Source of the DNA: a virus
Virus genome (UHGV): UHGV-1278612
DNA length: 10,744 nucleotides
Reading direction: 5' to 3' (one strand)
Numbering within the stretch: position 1 is the first letter of the stretch; every line of letters starts with the position of its first letter. Both the position numbers and the translations under genes were made by a program. Of the stretch, positions 1 to 8,289 are shown in pieces. The notes under the pieces were generated by a model, which was not told where the DNA came from, did not search any database, and worked only from the letters and a program-made list of their open reading frames with translations.

Positions 1-40
1 GAGCGCCACGGACAGTATGTCGCAGGTTAAAAGTGCAGCC
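1..40 (+). repeat. Left arm of 40-bp exact inverted repeat (reverse complement of 205-244); carries a sense-strand copy of an H segment
   Basis: Window 1-40 is the exact reverse complement of 205-244, checked base by base. Positions 41-44 continue the match with one mismatch. Frame 2 of the plus strand (2-40) reads SATDSMSQVKSAA, the same peptide encoded on the minus strand at 206-244. Confidence 0.9.
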
Positions 41-2169
41 CCGCCAATGGCGCTGCCGATACTCCCGACAATCCCCACCATTGCCTGCTTAAGCAGAATT
101 TCTGTCATCATGGACAGCACGGATCGGGTGAAGCTGCGCCAGTTTTGTTCACTGCCGGTCAGCATCGCCGCCATATTCTGTGCAATACCATCAAAGGTCT
201 GCGTGGCTGCACTTTTAACCTGCGACATACTGTCCGTGGCGCTCTCTTCCCACTCACTCCAGCCTGACTTGAGGCCTGCCATCCAGCTCCCGCGAAGCTG
301 GTCTTCAGCTGCCCAGGTCTTTTTCTGCTCTGACATGACGTTATTCAGCGCCAGCGGATTATCGCCATACTGTTCCTTCAGACGCTGTTCCGTGGCGTCC
401 CGCGCTGCCTGCCGGTCAGTCAGCCCCCGGTTTTTCGCATCAATGGCTGCCCGTTTTGCCCGTTGTTGCTGTGCGAATTTATCCGCCTGCTGCGCCAGCG
501 CATTCAGGTGCTCCTGATACGTGACCTTATCGCCAAGTGCAGCCAGCTGGCGTTTGTACTCCAGCGTCTCGTCTTTATGCGCCAGCAGGGATTTCTCCTG
601 TGCGGACAGCTGGCGACGTTGTGCCGCCTCCTCCAGTACCGCGAACTGACTTTCTGCCTTCCACAAATCCCGGCGCTGCTGGCTGATTTTCTCATTCGCT
701 CCGGCATGCTTCTCCAGTGTCCGGAGTTCTGCCTGAAGCGTCAGCAGGGCAGCATGAGCACTGTCTTCCTGACGATCGCCCGCAGACACCTTCACGCCGG
801 ACTGTTTCGGCTTTTTCAGCGTCGCTTCATAATCCTTTTTCGCCGCCGCCATCAGCGTGTTGTAATCTGCCTGCAGGATTTTCCCGTCTTTCAGTGCCTT
901 GTTCAGTTCTTCCTGACGGGCGGTATATTTCTCCAGCGGCGTCTGCAGCCGTTCGTAAGCCTTCTGCGCCTCTTCGGTATATTTCAGCCGTGACGCTTCG
1001 GTATCGCTCTGCTGCTGCGCATTTTTGTCCTGTTGACTCTGCTGTTCAGCCTTCTTTCGGGCGGCTTCAAGCGCAAGACGGGCCTTTTCACGATCATCCC
1101 AGTAACGCGCCCGCGCTTCATCGTTAACAAAATAATCATCCTTGCGCAGATTCCAGATGTCGTCCGCTTTCTTAAACGCAGCCTCTGCCTTAATCAGCAT
1201 CTCCTGAGCGGTATCAGGACGACCAATATCCAGCACCGCATCCCACATGGATTTGAATGCCCGTGCTGTCCTGTCTGCCCAGGTTTCCAGCGTGCCCATG
1301 TTCTCTTTCAGGCGTCGGGTCTGGTCATCAAACCCTTTCGTTGCGGCCTCGTTCGCCGCCTGCAATGCCCCGGCTTCATCGCCGGAACGCTGCAACTGAG
1401 CAACATACGCAATCTGCTCCGCCGTCACGTTATGGAACTGGCGCGCCATCGCCGTCAGCCCCGACGTCGGGTCAGTGGTCAGCTTCCCGAAGGCTTCAGC
1501 GACCTTGTCCACCTCCACACCGGATGCAGAGGAGAAACGCGCCACACTCTGGCTGATGGACGCAATCTGAGCCTCACCGCTTACCCCCGCCTTAACCAGT
1601 GCACTGAGTGACTCGCTGGTCTGGTTAAACGTCAGCCCTGCAGCCTGCCCGGCTCTGGACAGGACCAGCATACGATCTGCCGTCAGTCCCGCCTGATTAC
1701 CGGAAAGGACCAGCGTTTTGTTGAAATCGGACAGGGTTGAGTTACCCTGATACCAGGCATACGCCAGCGCACCGGTCGCCACCGCCAGCGAGGTGGCCCC
1801 GACCATCGGCAGGGTGATCGCACCGGCAAGCCCCCGGAACATGGGGATCATCCCGCCGAAGGAGTCCTTAACCTGACCACCCTGTTGCAGCAGGATCAGC
1901 CACGGGCTTTGCCCGCCTGCAAGCTGCGTGGCCACGTCGGTGAACTGTGCAGGCAGCATACGCATGGCGGCTTTATACTGCCCGACGGAAATCCCCGCTT
2001 TCTGTGCAGCCAGCGCCTGTCGGCTCAGCGACTGTTCAACGACTGCCGCTGTTTTTTTCGCATCACTTTCCGTACCGGAAAAATGACGCCTGACTCTGGC
2101 CATCTGCTCGTCAAATCTGGCCGCATCCAGACTTAAATCAACGACCAGATCGCCTACCGGTTCAGCCAT
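41..2169 (-). CDS. H: Tail tape measure protein gpH, first ~709 codons; 3' end disrupted at the 40/41 junction
   Basis: ATG at 2169-2167 overlaps the T stop (2164-2162). The translation begins MAEPVGDLVVDLSLDAARFDEQMA, as in lambda H. No complete minus-strand ORF is listed in this frame, so the frame stays open to the window edge. Beyond position 41 it reads into the inverted-repeat copy, not the expected H continuation. Confidence 0.85.
205..244 (-). repeat. Right arm of 40-bp inverted repeat, lying inside the minus-strand H coding sequence
   Basis: Reverse complement of 1-40. The arms are separated by a 164-bp spacer (41-204). Confidence 0.9.
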
Positions 2170-2596
2170 ACCGGACTCCTCCTGCGATCCCTTCTGATAC
2201 TGTCATCAGCATTACGTCATCCTCCGTCATGCCCGCCATATCCGGGGAAGCGGGGATAACTTCATTTCCGTCCGGGTCAAAGCGGACGCCTCCGGTAAGC
2301 CCTGCCGCTTTCTGCATCAGCACATCATCTTCAGGCTCTTCGTCATCCTCACGCCGGTTCAGCAAACTGAAATCCAGCGGATGCATATCCGGATCGCTGA
2401 AAAACAGGCTGAGCACAGTGTACGTCAGCCCGGAAAAGTGCATATCCAGCAGAACATCATGAAAATAATGGGTACTGTAAAAGCGGTGCCAGTCGGCATA
2501 CTCCGTGGATGACATCCCGGCAAGCATGGCGCGCCAGTCAGGTCGCCCCATCTCTCGCGCCAGTTTCAGGGCAAAACTCAGCTCACCGTCGAACAC
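2162..2596 (-). CDS. T: T segment of the tail assembly chaperone, expressed only as the G-T fusion via -1 frameshift
   Basis: ORF 2162-2596 (translation VFDGELSFALKLAREMGRPDW...) sits in the -1 frame relative to G and overlaps the G 3' end. It has no independent ATG or RBS and begins at the slippery heptamer. Confidence 0.85.
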   Translation of the reverse strand: MFDGELSFALKLAREMGRPDWRAMLAGMSSTEYADWHRFYSTHYFHDVLLDMHFSGLTYTVLSLFFSDPDMHPLDFSLLNRREDDEEPEDDVLMQKAAGLTGGVRFDPDGNEVIPASPDMAGMTEDDVMLMTVSEGIAGGVRYG

Positions 2597-3000
2597 TTTC
2601 CCGCAGAAACAGGCTCTGCAGGCCCGGCGTCCTCTGTCTGGTCAGGGGCATCATTCACCACAAACTCATACATTCCGGACAGCCGGTACACCACGTTTTC
2701 AGCATGAGAAATTGCCTCTGTAGGCCAGGTGGTAAGCACTTCCTGCTCAATCTGTTTAACGGCTTCATTCATGGACGGCATCTGCGTCTTCTTCGGATGG
2801 TTATGCCACAGGGACATCGCCACCACAAAAGCGCCGGTTCTGATGGCGTCTTCCACAGTAAACTTCCGGTTGCTGTCTGACTCCGCCTGTTCTGCCTGCC
2901 GTTTCATCAGGGCGAGATGCTCAATACGCTGTAGGGCTGACAGTTCAGAAAGCGTGACGGTCACGCCGTTATGTTCAAATGATTCGGTTTTCAGGAACAT
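2578..3000 (-). CDS. G: Tail assembly chaperone gpG
   Basis: 140-aa ORF MFLKTESFEHNGVTVTLSELSALQRIEHLALMKRQAEQAE...AGKCSTVS, ATG at 3000-2998. Matches lambda gpG in length and sequence; position between V and T. Confidence 0.92.
   Translation of the reverse strand: MFLKTESFEHNGVTVTLSELSALQRIEHLALMKRQAEQAESDSNRKFTVEDAIRTGAFVVAMSLWHNHPKKTQMPSMNEAVKQIEQEVLTTWPTEAISHAENVVYRLSGMYEFVVNDAPDQTEDAGPAEPVSAGKCSTVS
2596..2602 (-). other. Programmed -1 ribosomal frameshift slippery heptamer GGGAAAG (G to G-T)
   Basis: Plus-strand ctttccc at 2596-2602 is GGGAAAG on the coding strand. In the G frame it reads GCG GGA AAG (A G K), 8 codons before the G stop, and the T frame opens there. Confidence 0.85.
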
Positions 3001-3015
3001 CGCTGACTCTCCGGA

Positions 3016-3756
3016 TTAACTGGCGGTGACGGTGATTTCTGCAACCGCAGCAAACTCACCATTACCGGATACGACCGGAATGTTGACCTTGCCTGCAGCA
3101 ACGCCGTTCACGGTGATGGTCATACCACTGACCGACACGGTGGCTTTTGTTTTATCCGCAGACACCGCACGGAAGCTCTTGTCGGTTGCGCCTTCCGGCT
3201 GGAATGCCACGGTCAGCGTGGTGCTCTGCCCTTTCACTACGGAAGCACTGGCTGGCGTTACCGTCATGCCGGTGGCCGCCGTCACCGTGCTGCGATCTTC
3301 TGCCATCGACGGGCGTCCCACATTGGTGACCTTCACCGTGCGGGTAATCACTTCCTTCGCCGTCACCGCCTTACCGATACTGCTGACCCAGCCACGGAAC
3401 ACATCGACCGTGCCGTTCGGGAAGCGGATTTTATAGGCACGGGTATCACCTTCATTAAACCACGCCAGCAGCGCCTGCTGCCCCTGCTCTCCGGGCATCC
3501 ACGCCAGCGTGAAGCTGGTATCTCCGGCTGACTTCTGCCCCTGTCCGGTCGCGGTCCAGTCCGCATCTTCATCATCGAGATAACTGTCGTCATAGGACTC
3601 AGCGGTCAGCTCGCCGGGCGTCAGGTCTTTAACTTTAGCCAGACGCGACCAGTCAACGTCTGAAAGCGGGTTCGCATAAGGGTCACCGTTCCCCTTATAA
3701 ACCCACAGTGTGGTCCCGGCACCTTTCACCGGCATTGTTGGATTTGGTACAGGCAT
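3016..3756 (-). CDS. V: Major tail tube protein gpV
   Basis: ORF 3016-3786 trimmed to the internal ATG at 3756-3754, giving [22 protein letters not shown]... (246 aa). This start lies 7 nt after the U stop and matches the lambda gpV N-terminus. Confidence 0.9.
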   Translation of the reverse strand: MPVPNPTMPVKGAGTTLWVYKGNGDPYANPLSDVDWSRLAKVKDLTPGELTAESYDDSYLDDEDADWTATGQGQKSAGDTSFTLAWMPGEQGQQALLAWFNEGDTRAYKIRFPNGTVDVFRGWVSSIGKAVTAKEVITRTVKVTNVGRPSMAEDRSTVTAATGMTVTPASASVVKGQSTTLTVAFQPEGATDKSFRAVSADKTKATVSVSGMTITVNGVAAGKVNIPVVSGNGEFAAVAEITVTAS

Positions 3757-3763
3757 AGCGTCC

Positions 3764-4159
3764 TCACATTTCATAGGTAATGACATAAGTCAGATCGGCT
3801 GAACTCCACAGGCCCGCATCATCGTCGCGCCGGTAGTCATAGCCACTGGCCACCATACTGGTGATCAAATCTGACAGTGCCGGGATATCGCTCATCACCG
3901 GATAAATCCGGGACTCCATCCACGAATCCAGCTCTGAATCCGGCACCTGAGCAGGCAGGAAAACTTCAATATGCAGCTCCGCCTGCCAGGTATCGCTGTC
4001 CAGCTCTTCGCCCGTGTATTCAGCGCCGGTGAGATAAACGGCAATTGCCGGAAAATCCGCCTCATCAAAAACAGCGGGGCGACCATCAAAAAGCGTCGCC
4101 CCGGTGTCATGCTTCTCCAGTGCATCCAGTACGGCTGCACGGAGTTCAGTATGTTTCAT
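3764..4159 (-). CDS. U: Tail tube terminator protein gpU
   Basis: 131-aa [31 protein letters not shown]... Its ATG at 4159-4157 overlaps the Z stop TGA (4158-4156) in an ATGA arrangement. Confidence 0.92.
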   Translation of the reverse strand: MKHTELRAAVLDALEKHDTGATLFDGRPAVFDEADFPAIAVYLTGAEYTGEELDSDTWQAELHIEVFLPAQVPDSELDSWMESRIYPVMSDIPALSDLITSMVASGYDYRRDDDAGLWSSADLTYVITYEM

Positions 4160-4734
4160 CGCTTTATTACCATTCTCAGTTGATGCTGCAGCGCATAGCC
4201 CAGCTCTTTCGGAAGACGTTCACGCCGTATCCGTTCAATATTCTGTTTAAACGCCGTGGTAAGCGGCACCGCCATCGGGATTTTCACCACATCAATGGGG
4301 TAACGGTTTTTCCCGGCCACACGCTGCATGACATGCCACCGCCCATTTTTCAGTTGCTGAATAAACGCGCCGGGAATACGACGGTTACCCACCACAAGCA
4401 CGCTGCCGCCACCTTTCAGGGATGAACGCTGCCCCTTTTTACGACGCCTGCGGCGGGACAGGACAACCCGCGCATTACCCAGCTTGATTACGGGCAAATC
4501 CCCCCGGTTAACTTTGATTCTGGCCTGCGGATTTTTGACCGTGGCCCTTTTCAGCCTGGCCCTTTCCTTTACCAGTTTCCGGCGTACCTTTGTCTCACGG
4601 GCAACCTGTGACGCAGACTGCGATATCACGGATGAAGCAACGCGGTTAATGGCCATTGCGGCGGCACCAGGCACCGCCGTTTTGCTGATACGGCTGAGGT
4701 TTTCAACGGCCTGCTCAAGACCTTTTATGGCCAT
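4156..4734 (-). CDS. Z: Tail completion protein gpZ
   Basis: 192-aa ORF MAIKGLEQAVENLSRISKTAVPGAAAMAINRVASS..., ATG at 4734-4732. Same length as lambda gpZ. Confidence 0.92.
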   Translation of the reverse strand: MAIKGLEQAVENLSRISKTAVPGAAAMAINRVASSVISQSASQVARETKVRRKLVKERARLKRATVKNPQARIKVNRGDLPVIKLGNARVVLSRRRRRKKGQRSSLKGGGSVLVVGNRRIPGAFIQQLKNGRWHVMQRVAGKNRYPIDVVKIPMAVPLTTAFKQNIERIRRERLPKELGYALQHQLRMVIKR

Positions 4735-4745
4735 ACATCCCCCTT

Positions 4746-5099
4746 TCAGCGGCGACGGTTAACGGCAGGCGGTACGCCCCGCCCAAGCCAGAGATGACAG
4801 CTTCCACCATCATCCGGCGAAACCCGGTCTATCCAGAAGTTTTCCTCACCGATGGTCAGCGTGTCTCCACGCCGCAGCTGCCGCACATCATCAGTCCGGA
4901 CAAACAGGGACGGGCTGGAGCCTTCAACGCGCACGCCCTGTCCGGCATAGCTGATATTTTCAGGGTCATCAAAAACACCACGTATTACTGCGCCGGACTG
5001 CTCACCGGATGTCATGGTGGCTGACGTTCCCATGTACCCGCGTATCGTTTCATCGGCGCGGACAATGGCAGCATCGAACAGGTTATCGAAATCAGCCAC
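4746..5099 (-). CDS. FII: Head-tail joining protein gpFII
   Basis: 117-aa ORF MADFDNLFDAAIVRADETIRGYMGTSATMTSGEQ...VPPAVNRRR. The start codon is GTG (reverse complement of 5097-5099), 11 nt after the FI stop. Confidence 0.9.
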   Translation of the reverse strand: MADFDNLFDAAIVRADETIRGYMGTSATMTSGEQSGAVIRGVFDDPENISYAGQGVRVEGSSPSLFVRTDDVRQLRRGDTLTIGEENFWIDRVSPDDGGSCHLWLGRGVPPAVNRRR

Positions 5100-5110
5100 A
5101 GCGCCTCCCG

Positions 5111-5506
5111 TTATTGCATTCTGGCCAGGCCGCGCTCTGTCATTTCGGCTGCCACACCGGCAGAGACACGAAACGCCGTTCCCGGCAGCACAAATGCCAC
5201 AGGTTCATCCCGCGTGGCGTGAAGTGCATCGGTATGCAGCGTCACCAGTGCCACAACCGTGACCAGAACAGCCGTATCAGTCACGGTATCCGTCTGTGCT
5301 GATACCACCTCATTTTCATGTCCGGTCAGCGCATTTTCCGGGCTGACAGACGTGTCCTGACCGGCTCCGTCATCCTTGTCATCAAGCTCCTCTTCCAGCT
5401 CTGCCACACGGAGCGCCAGTTCTTCTTTCGTCCCCGTCAGGCTGACATCACGGTTCAGTTGCTCACCCAGCGACCGGAGACGGGCAATCAGTTCATCTTT
5501 CGTCAT
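5111..5506 (-). CDS. FI: DNA packaging / head completion protein gpFI
   Basis: ORF 5111-5545 trimmed to the ATG at 5506-5504, which is preceded by GGAGGAG (reverse complement of 5511-5517). Product MTKDELIARLRSLGEQLNRDVSLTGTKEEL...AAEMTERGLARMQ, 131 aa. Confidence 0.88.
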   Translation of the reverse strand: MTKDELIARLRSLGEQLNRDVSLTGTKEELALRVAELEEELDDKDDGAGQDTSVSPENALTGHENEVVSAQTDTVTDTAVLVTVVALVTLHTDALHATRDEPVAFVLPGTAFRVSAGVAAEMTERGLARMQ

Positions 5507-5527
5507 GGACTCCTCCACAGAGAGAAA

Positions 5528-5545
5528 ATGGCCCCGAAGGGCCAT
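5528..5545 (-). terminator. Intercistronic stem-loop between E and FI: 7-bp perfect stem with UUCG tetraloop, then a U/C-rich tract (possible attenuator or RNA-stability element)
   Basis: Coding strand reads TAA-tc-AUGGCCC-UUCG-GGGCCAU-uuucucucu-guggaggagucc-AUG. The perfect palindrome starts 2 nt after the E stop; the SD and FI start follow. Confidence 0.4.
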
Positions 5546-5547
5546 GA

Positions 5548-6573
5548 TTACGCCAGTTGAACGGACACGAACTCATCAGGATCAGCCAGCAGCATCAGCG
5601 GTGCTGACTGAATCATGGTGAACTCACGCGCCGGATCGCCGCTGGTCACCCAGTTTTTCGGGTAGCGGGCAGAAGCGTTAATACCTTCGCGCTGTGCGTC
5701 CGCATCCTGAATGCAGCCATAGGTGCGCAGACCGCGAGCCTGAGTGTTCCCCAGCACCATCGTGTTGTCCGGCAGAAAGTTCTTTTTGACGCCGTTTTCC
5801 ACGTACTGTCCGGAATACACGACGATGGCCACATCGCCATACATCCCCTTATAGGACACCGCTTTGCCCAGGTCTTTCACCGCTGTCTCCAGCTCGGAAT
5901 GAGAGCCGCGACGGGTATCCAGCTTCTCCCTGACGGCTTTGAAGGAACGGAACAGCGCCCAGCCTTTCGGATCAAAAACGATAATATTCACCACACCGCT
6001 GGCGTTCAGCGCGTAGGCTTCGATATCGTCGGTCGGGTCATACGTGGACTTGTCGCGCTTGCTCCACTCCGTGCTGCCGGACTGCGTGATGTTATTCGCT
6101 TCACTGCGACCCATATCCACCTCAACCGGATCGAAGGCTTCACCGGTCATGGTGTATTTGCCCTTAAGCACGGCAGAAACGGCCTGCATCTCTTCGACCT
6201 GAGCAATGGCCAGCTCTTCGTCTCGCATGTTCTGCATGATGATGCGACGGCGGCGGTAAGCCGGGTCCGCCAGATTCTTCGGATCTTCATCCGGCAGGCG
6301 ACGCAGGGTCATCTGCGGATTCACCTCATGCTTGGGCTTGACATATCCCGGTGTAAATTCAGAGGTGGAGCCGCCACGGGAGCGGATAACCTCACCGGAA
6401 ACAATCGGCGAAACGTACAGCGCCATGTTTACCAGTCCCGGAATTTGTGAGAGATAGACTTTCTCCGTGGTGAAGGGATAGCTCTCACGGAAAAAGAGAC
6501 GCAGAAACAGCGGATCAAACTTAAATTTCTGCTCATTTGCCGCCAGCAGTTGGGCGGTTGTGTACATCGACAT
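5548..6573 (-). CDS. E: Major capsid protein gpE
   Basis: 341-aa ORF MSMYTTAQLLAANEQKFKFDPLFLRLFFRESYPFTTEKVYLSQIPGLVNMALYVSP...DPDEFVSVQLA. Matches lambda gpE in length and sequence; ATG at 6573-6571. Confidence 0.95.
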   Translation of the reverse strand: MSMYTTAQLLAANEQKFKFDPLFLRLFFRESYPFTTEKVYLSQIPGLVNMALYVSPIVSGEVIRSRGGSTSEFTPGYVKPKHEVNPQMTLRRLPDEDPKNLADPAYRRRRIIMQNMRDEELAIAQVEEMQAVSAVLKGKYTMTGEAFDPVEVDMGRSEANNITQSGSTEWSKRDKSTYDPTDDIEAYALNASGVVNIIVFDPKGWALFRSFKAVREKLDTRRGSHSELETAVKDLGKAVSYKGMYGDVAIVVYSGQYVENGVKKNFLPDNTMVLGNTQARGLRTYGCIQDADAQREGINASARYPKNWVTSGDPAREFTMIQSAPLMLLADPDEFVSVQLA

Positions 6574-6583
6574 AAAAAATCCC

Positions 6584-6607
6584 GTAAAAAAAGCCGCACA
6601 TGCGGCC
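6584..6607 (-). terminator. Intercistronic hairpin plus U7 tract between D and E (terminator-like; possible partial attenuator or processing/stability element)
   Basis: Coding strand reads ...AAAG-GCCGC-AUGU-GCGGC-UUUUUUU-acgggauuuuuu-AUG(E). A GC-rich 5-6 bp stem is followed directly by seven U (plus-strand A-run 6586-6592). Confidence 0.4.
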
Positions 6608-6627
6608 TTTAGTGATGAAGGGTCAGG

Positions 6628-6960
6628 TTAAACGATGCTGATTGCCGTTCCGGCAAACGCGGTCCGTTTTTTCGTCTCGTCGCTGGCAGCCTCCGGCCAG
6701 AGCACATCCTCATAACGGAACGTGCCGGACTTGTAGAACGTCAGCGTGTTGCTGGTCTGGTCAGCAGCAACCGCAAGAATGCCAACGGCAGCACCGTCGG
6801 TGGTGCCATCCCACGCAACCAGCTTACGGGTGGAGGTGTCCAGCATCAGCGGGGTCATTGCAGGCGCTTTCGCACTCAATCCGCCGGGCGCGGTTGCGGT
6901 ATGAGCCGGGTCACTGTTGCCCAGCGGCTGGTAATGGGTAAAGGTTTCTTTGCTCGTCAT
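6628..6960 (-). CDS. D: Head decoration protein gpD
   Basis: ORF 6628-6966 trimmed to the ATG at 6960-6958, which is preceded by GGGA. Product [43 protein letters not shown]...FAGTAISIV, 110 aa. Confidence 0.93.
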   Translation of the reverse strand: MTSKETFTHYQPLGNSDPAHTATAPGGLSAKAPAMTPLMLDTSTRKLVAWDGTTDGAAVGILAVAADQTSNTLTFYKSGTFRYEDVLWPEAASDETKKRTAFAGTAISIV

Positions 6961-6969
6961 AAACATCCC

Positions 6970-7575
6970 TTACACTGGTGTGTTCAGCAAATCGTTAACG
7001 GCATCAGATGCCGGGTTACCTGCAGCCAGCGGTGCCGGTGCCCCCTGCATCAGACGATCCAGCGCAGTGTCACTGCGCGCCTGTGCACTCTGTGGTGCTG
7101 CGGCCAGAATGCGGCGGGCCGTTTCCACGGTCATACCGGGGGTTTCGGCCAGCACGCGGGCCTGTTCTTCGCGTCCGTGAGCCTCCTCACAGTTGAGGAT
7201 CCCCATAATGCGGCTGTTTTCTGCCGCAACCGCAGCGGTGATCTGCGCGTTCACGTCCGGCTGCGCCGCGCTGGCGTTTTCGCCCTCCGTCGCTGGCACC
7301 ACGTCAGTAACGTCAGCCTGCGAAGCAGTGGCTGAAACAGTTGTTGATTGAGTCTCTTTGGTCATTCGCCCTCCTGAGAGACGGGATTTACGTGCATCCA
7401 GTGCATCACGCATAACGGTGATCGCATCGGTGCTGTTGACAAGTTCATCAGCCAGTCCGGCATCAATGGCCTCCTGACCGCTGTACACTGCAGCCTCGGT
7501 ATCCAGCACAGCCTGCACGGACAGGCCGATATATGCCGACACCTTCTGCGCAAACATCTGGCGGGTTGCATCCAT
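6970..7575 (-). CDS. Nu3: Scaffolding protein gpNu3, nested in frame within the 3' part of C
   Basis: In-frame ATG at 7575-7573 with GGGAGA about 14 nt upstream on the coding strand. Product MDATRQMFAQKVSAYIGLSVQ..., sharing the C stop. Confidence 0.75.
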   Translation of the reverse strand: MDATRQMFAQKVSAYIGLSVQAVLDTEAAVYSGQEAIDAGLADELVNSTDAITVMRDALDARKSRLSGGRMTKETQSTTVSATASQADVTDVVPATEGENASAAQPDVNAQITAAVAAENSRIMGILNCEEAHGREEQARVLAETPGMTVETARRILAAAPQSAQARSDTALDRLMQGAPAPLAAGNPASDAVNDLLNTPV

Positions 7576-8289
7576 CCGGGACTGCAGTGTCTCCCGGACG
7601 TCATCCGGAAGATGGCTGTAGGGGTTGCCATCCACCTTATGGCTGCCGCTGTAAATCAGCGTGATTTCCACGCCCTGTTTCTCCAGCGCAGCACCGTAAT
7701 TACTGTGAGCCATCATGACGCCGATGGAGCCTGTCCGGGCGGTCTGCGTGACCAGACGCCGGGAGGCGGCGCTGGCAAGCAGCTGCCCTGCACTGCAGTT
7801 CATGTCATTGGCCAGCGCCCATACCGGCTTTATGTCACGCACACGGGCGATGATGTCAGCGCAGTCAAATGCCCCTGCCACCATCCCGCCTGGCGTATCC
7901 ATATCGAGCAGAATGCCGTCCACCATCGGGTCGCTGGCAGCCTGTTGCAGACGGGCGATAATGCCGTTGTAACCGGTCATCCCCGAATACGGCTGCAGCG
8001 CTCGCGTCCGGCTGACCAGCGTACCGGACACCGGCAGCACGGCGATGCCGTTCATGACCTGATAATTGCGGGCCTGTCGTGGTCCGTCATCATCACCGGA
8101 TAACGCCAGCGCCGCGGGTGCCTCTCCGGCAGTCAGGCTGTCGCCGGACACCGCATCCGTCAGGCGACTGATCCCAAGCTGGCCTGCAAGCGCACAAAAG
8201 AAAACCCGCGCATAGGCGGGTTCAAGCATCAGCGGCTCATTAAAAGCCATGCTGGCAATATGCGGGAGATTACGCAGCTCTGCTGTCAC
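6970..8289 (-). CDS. C: Head maturation protease / scaffold gpC (ClpP/SppA-like serine protease)
   Basis: ORF 6970-8424 trimmed to the GTG at 8289-8287, giving VTAELRNLPHIASMAFNEPLMLEPAYARVFF...AVNDLLNTPV (439 codons). The start lies inside the 3' end of B, a 20-nt overlap. Confidence 0.88.
   Translation of the reverse strand: MTAELRNLPHIASMAFNEPLMLEPAYARVFFCALAGQLGISRLTDAVSGDSLTAGEAPAALALSGDDDGPRQARNYQVMNGIAVLPVSGTLVSRTRALQPYSGMTGYNGIIARLQQAASDPMVDGILLDMDTPGGMVAGAFDCADIIARVRDIKPVWALANDMNCSAGQLLASAASRRLVTQTARTGSIGVMMAHSNYGAALEKQGVEITLIYSGSHKVDGNPYSHLPDDVRETLQSRMDATRQMFAQKVSAYIGLSVQAVLDTEAAVYSGQEAIDAGLADELVNSTDAITVMRDALDARKSRLSGGRMTKETQSTTVSATASQADVTDVVPATEGENASAAQPDVNAQITAAVAAENSRIMGILNCEEAHGREEQARVLAETPGMTVETARRILAAAPQSAQARSDTALDRLMQGAPAPLAAGNPASDAVNDLLNTPV

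Noticed and set aside
17-1611. Several plus-strand ORFs (17-517, 463-993, 717-1127, 1033-1611, 1257-1556) with Cys/Arg/Leu-rich translations
   Set aside because: They lie antisense or out of frame to the well-supported H coding sequence, lack plausible RBS and start context, and have low-complexity, Cys/Arg-rich translations typical of shadow frames. The first 8 codons of 17-517 (MSQVKSAA) are real H sequence only because of the inverted-repeat copy.
5899-6450. 183-aa plus-strand ORF inside the E region
   Set aside because: Antisense shadow ORF of the major capsid gene E, which is itself a strong lambda gpE match in length and sequence.
7612-8103. 163-aa plus-strand ORF and other plus-strand ORFs (6901-7335, 7715-7972) inside the C region
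   Set aside because: Antisense to the C/Nu3 coding sequence; no independent support.
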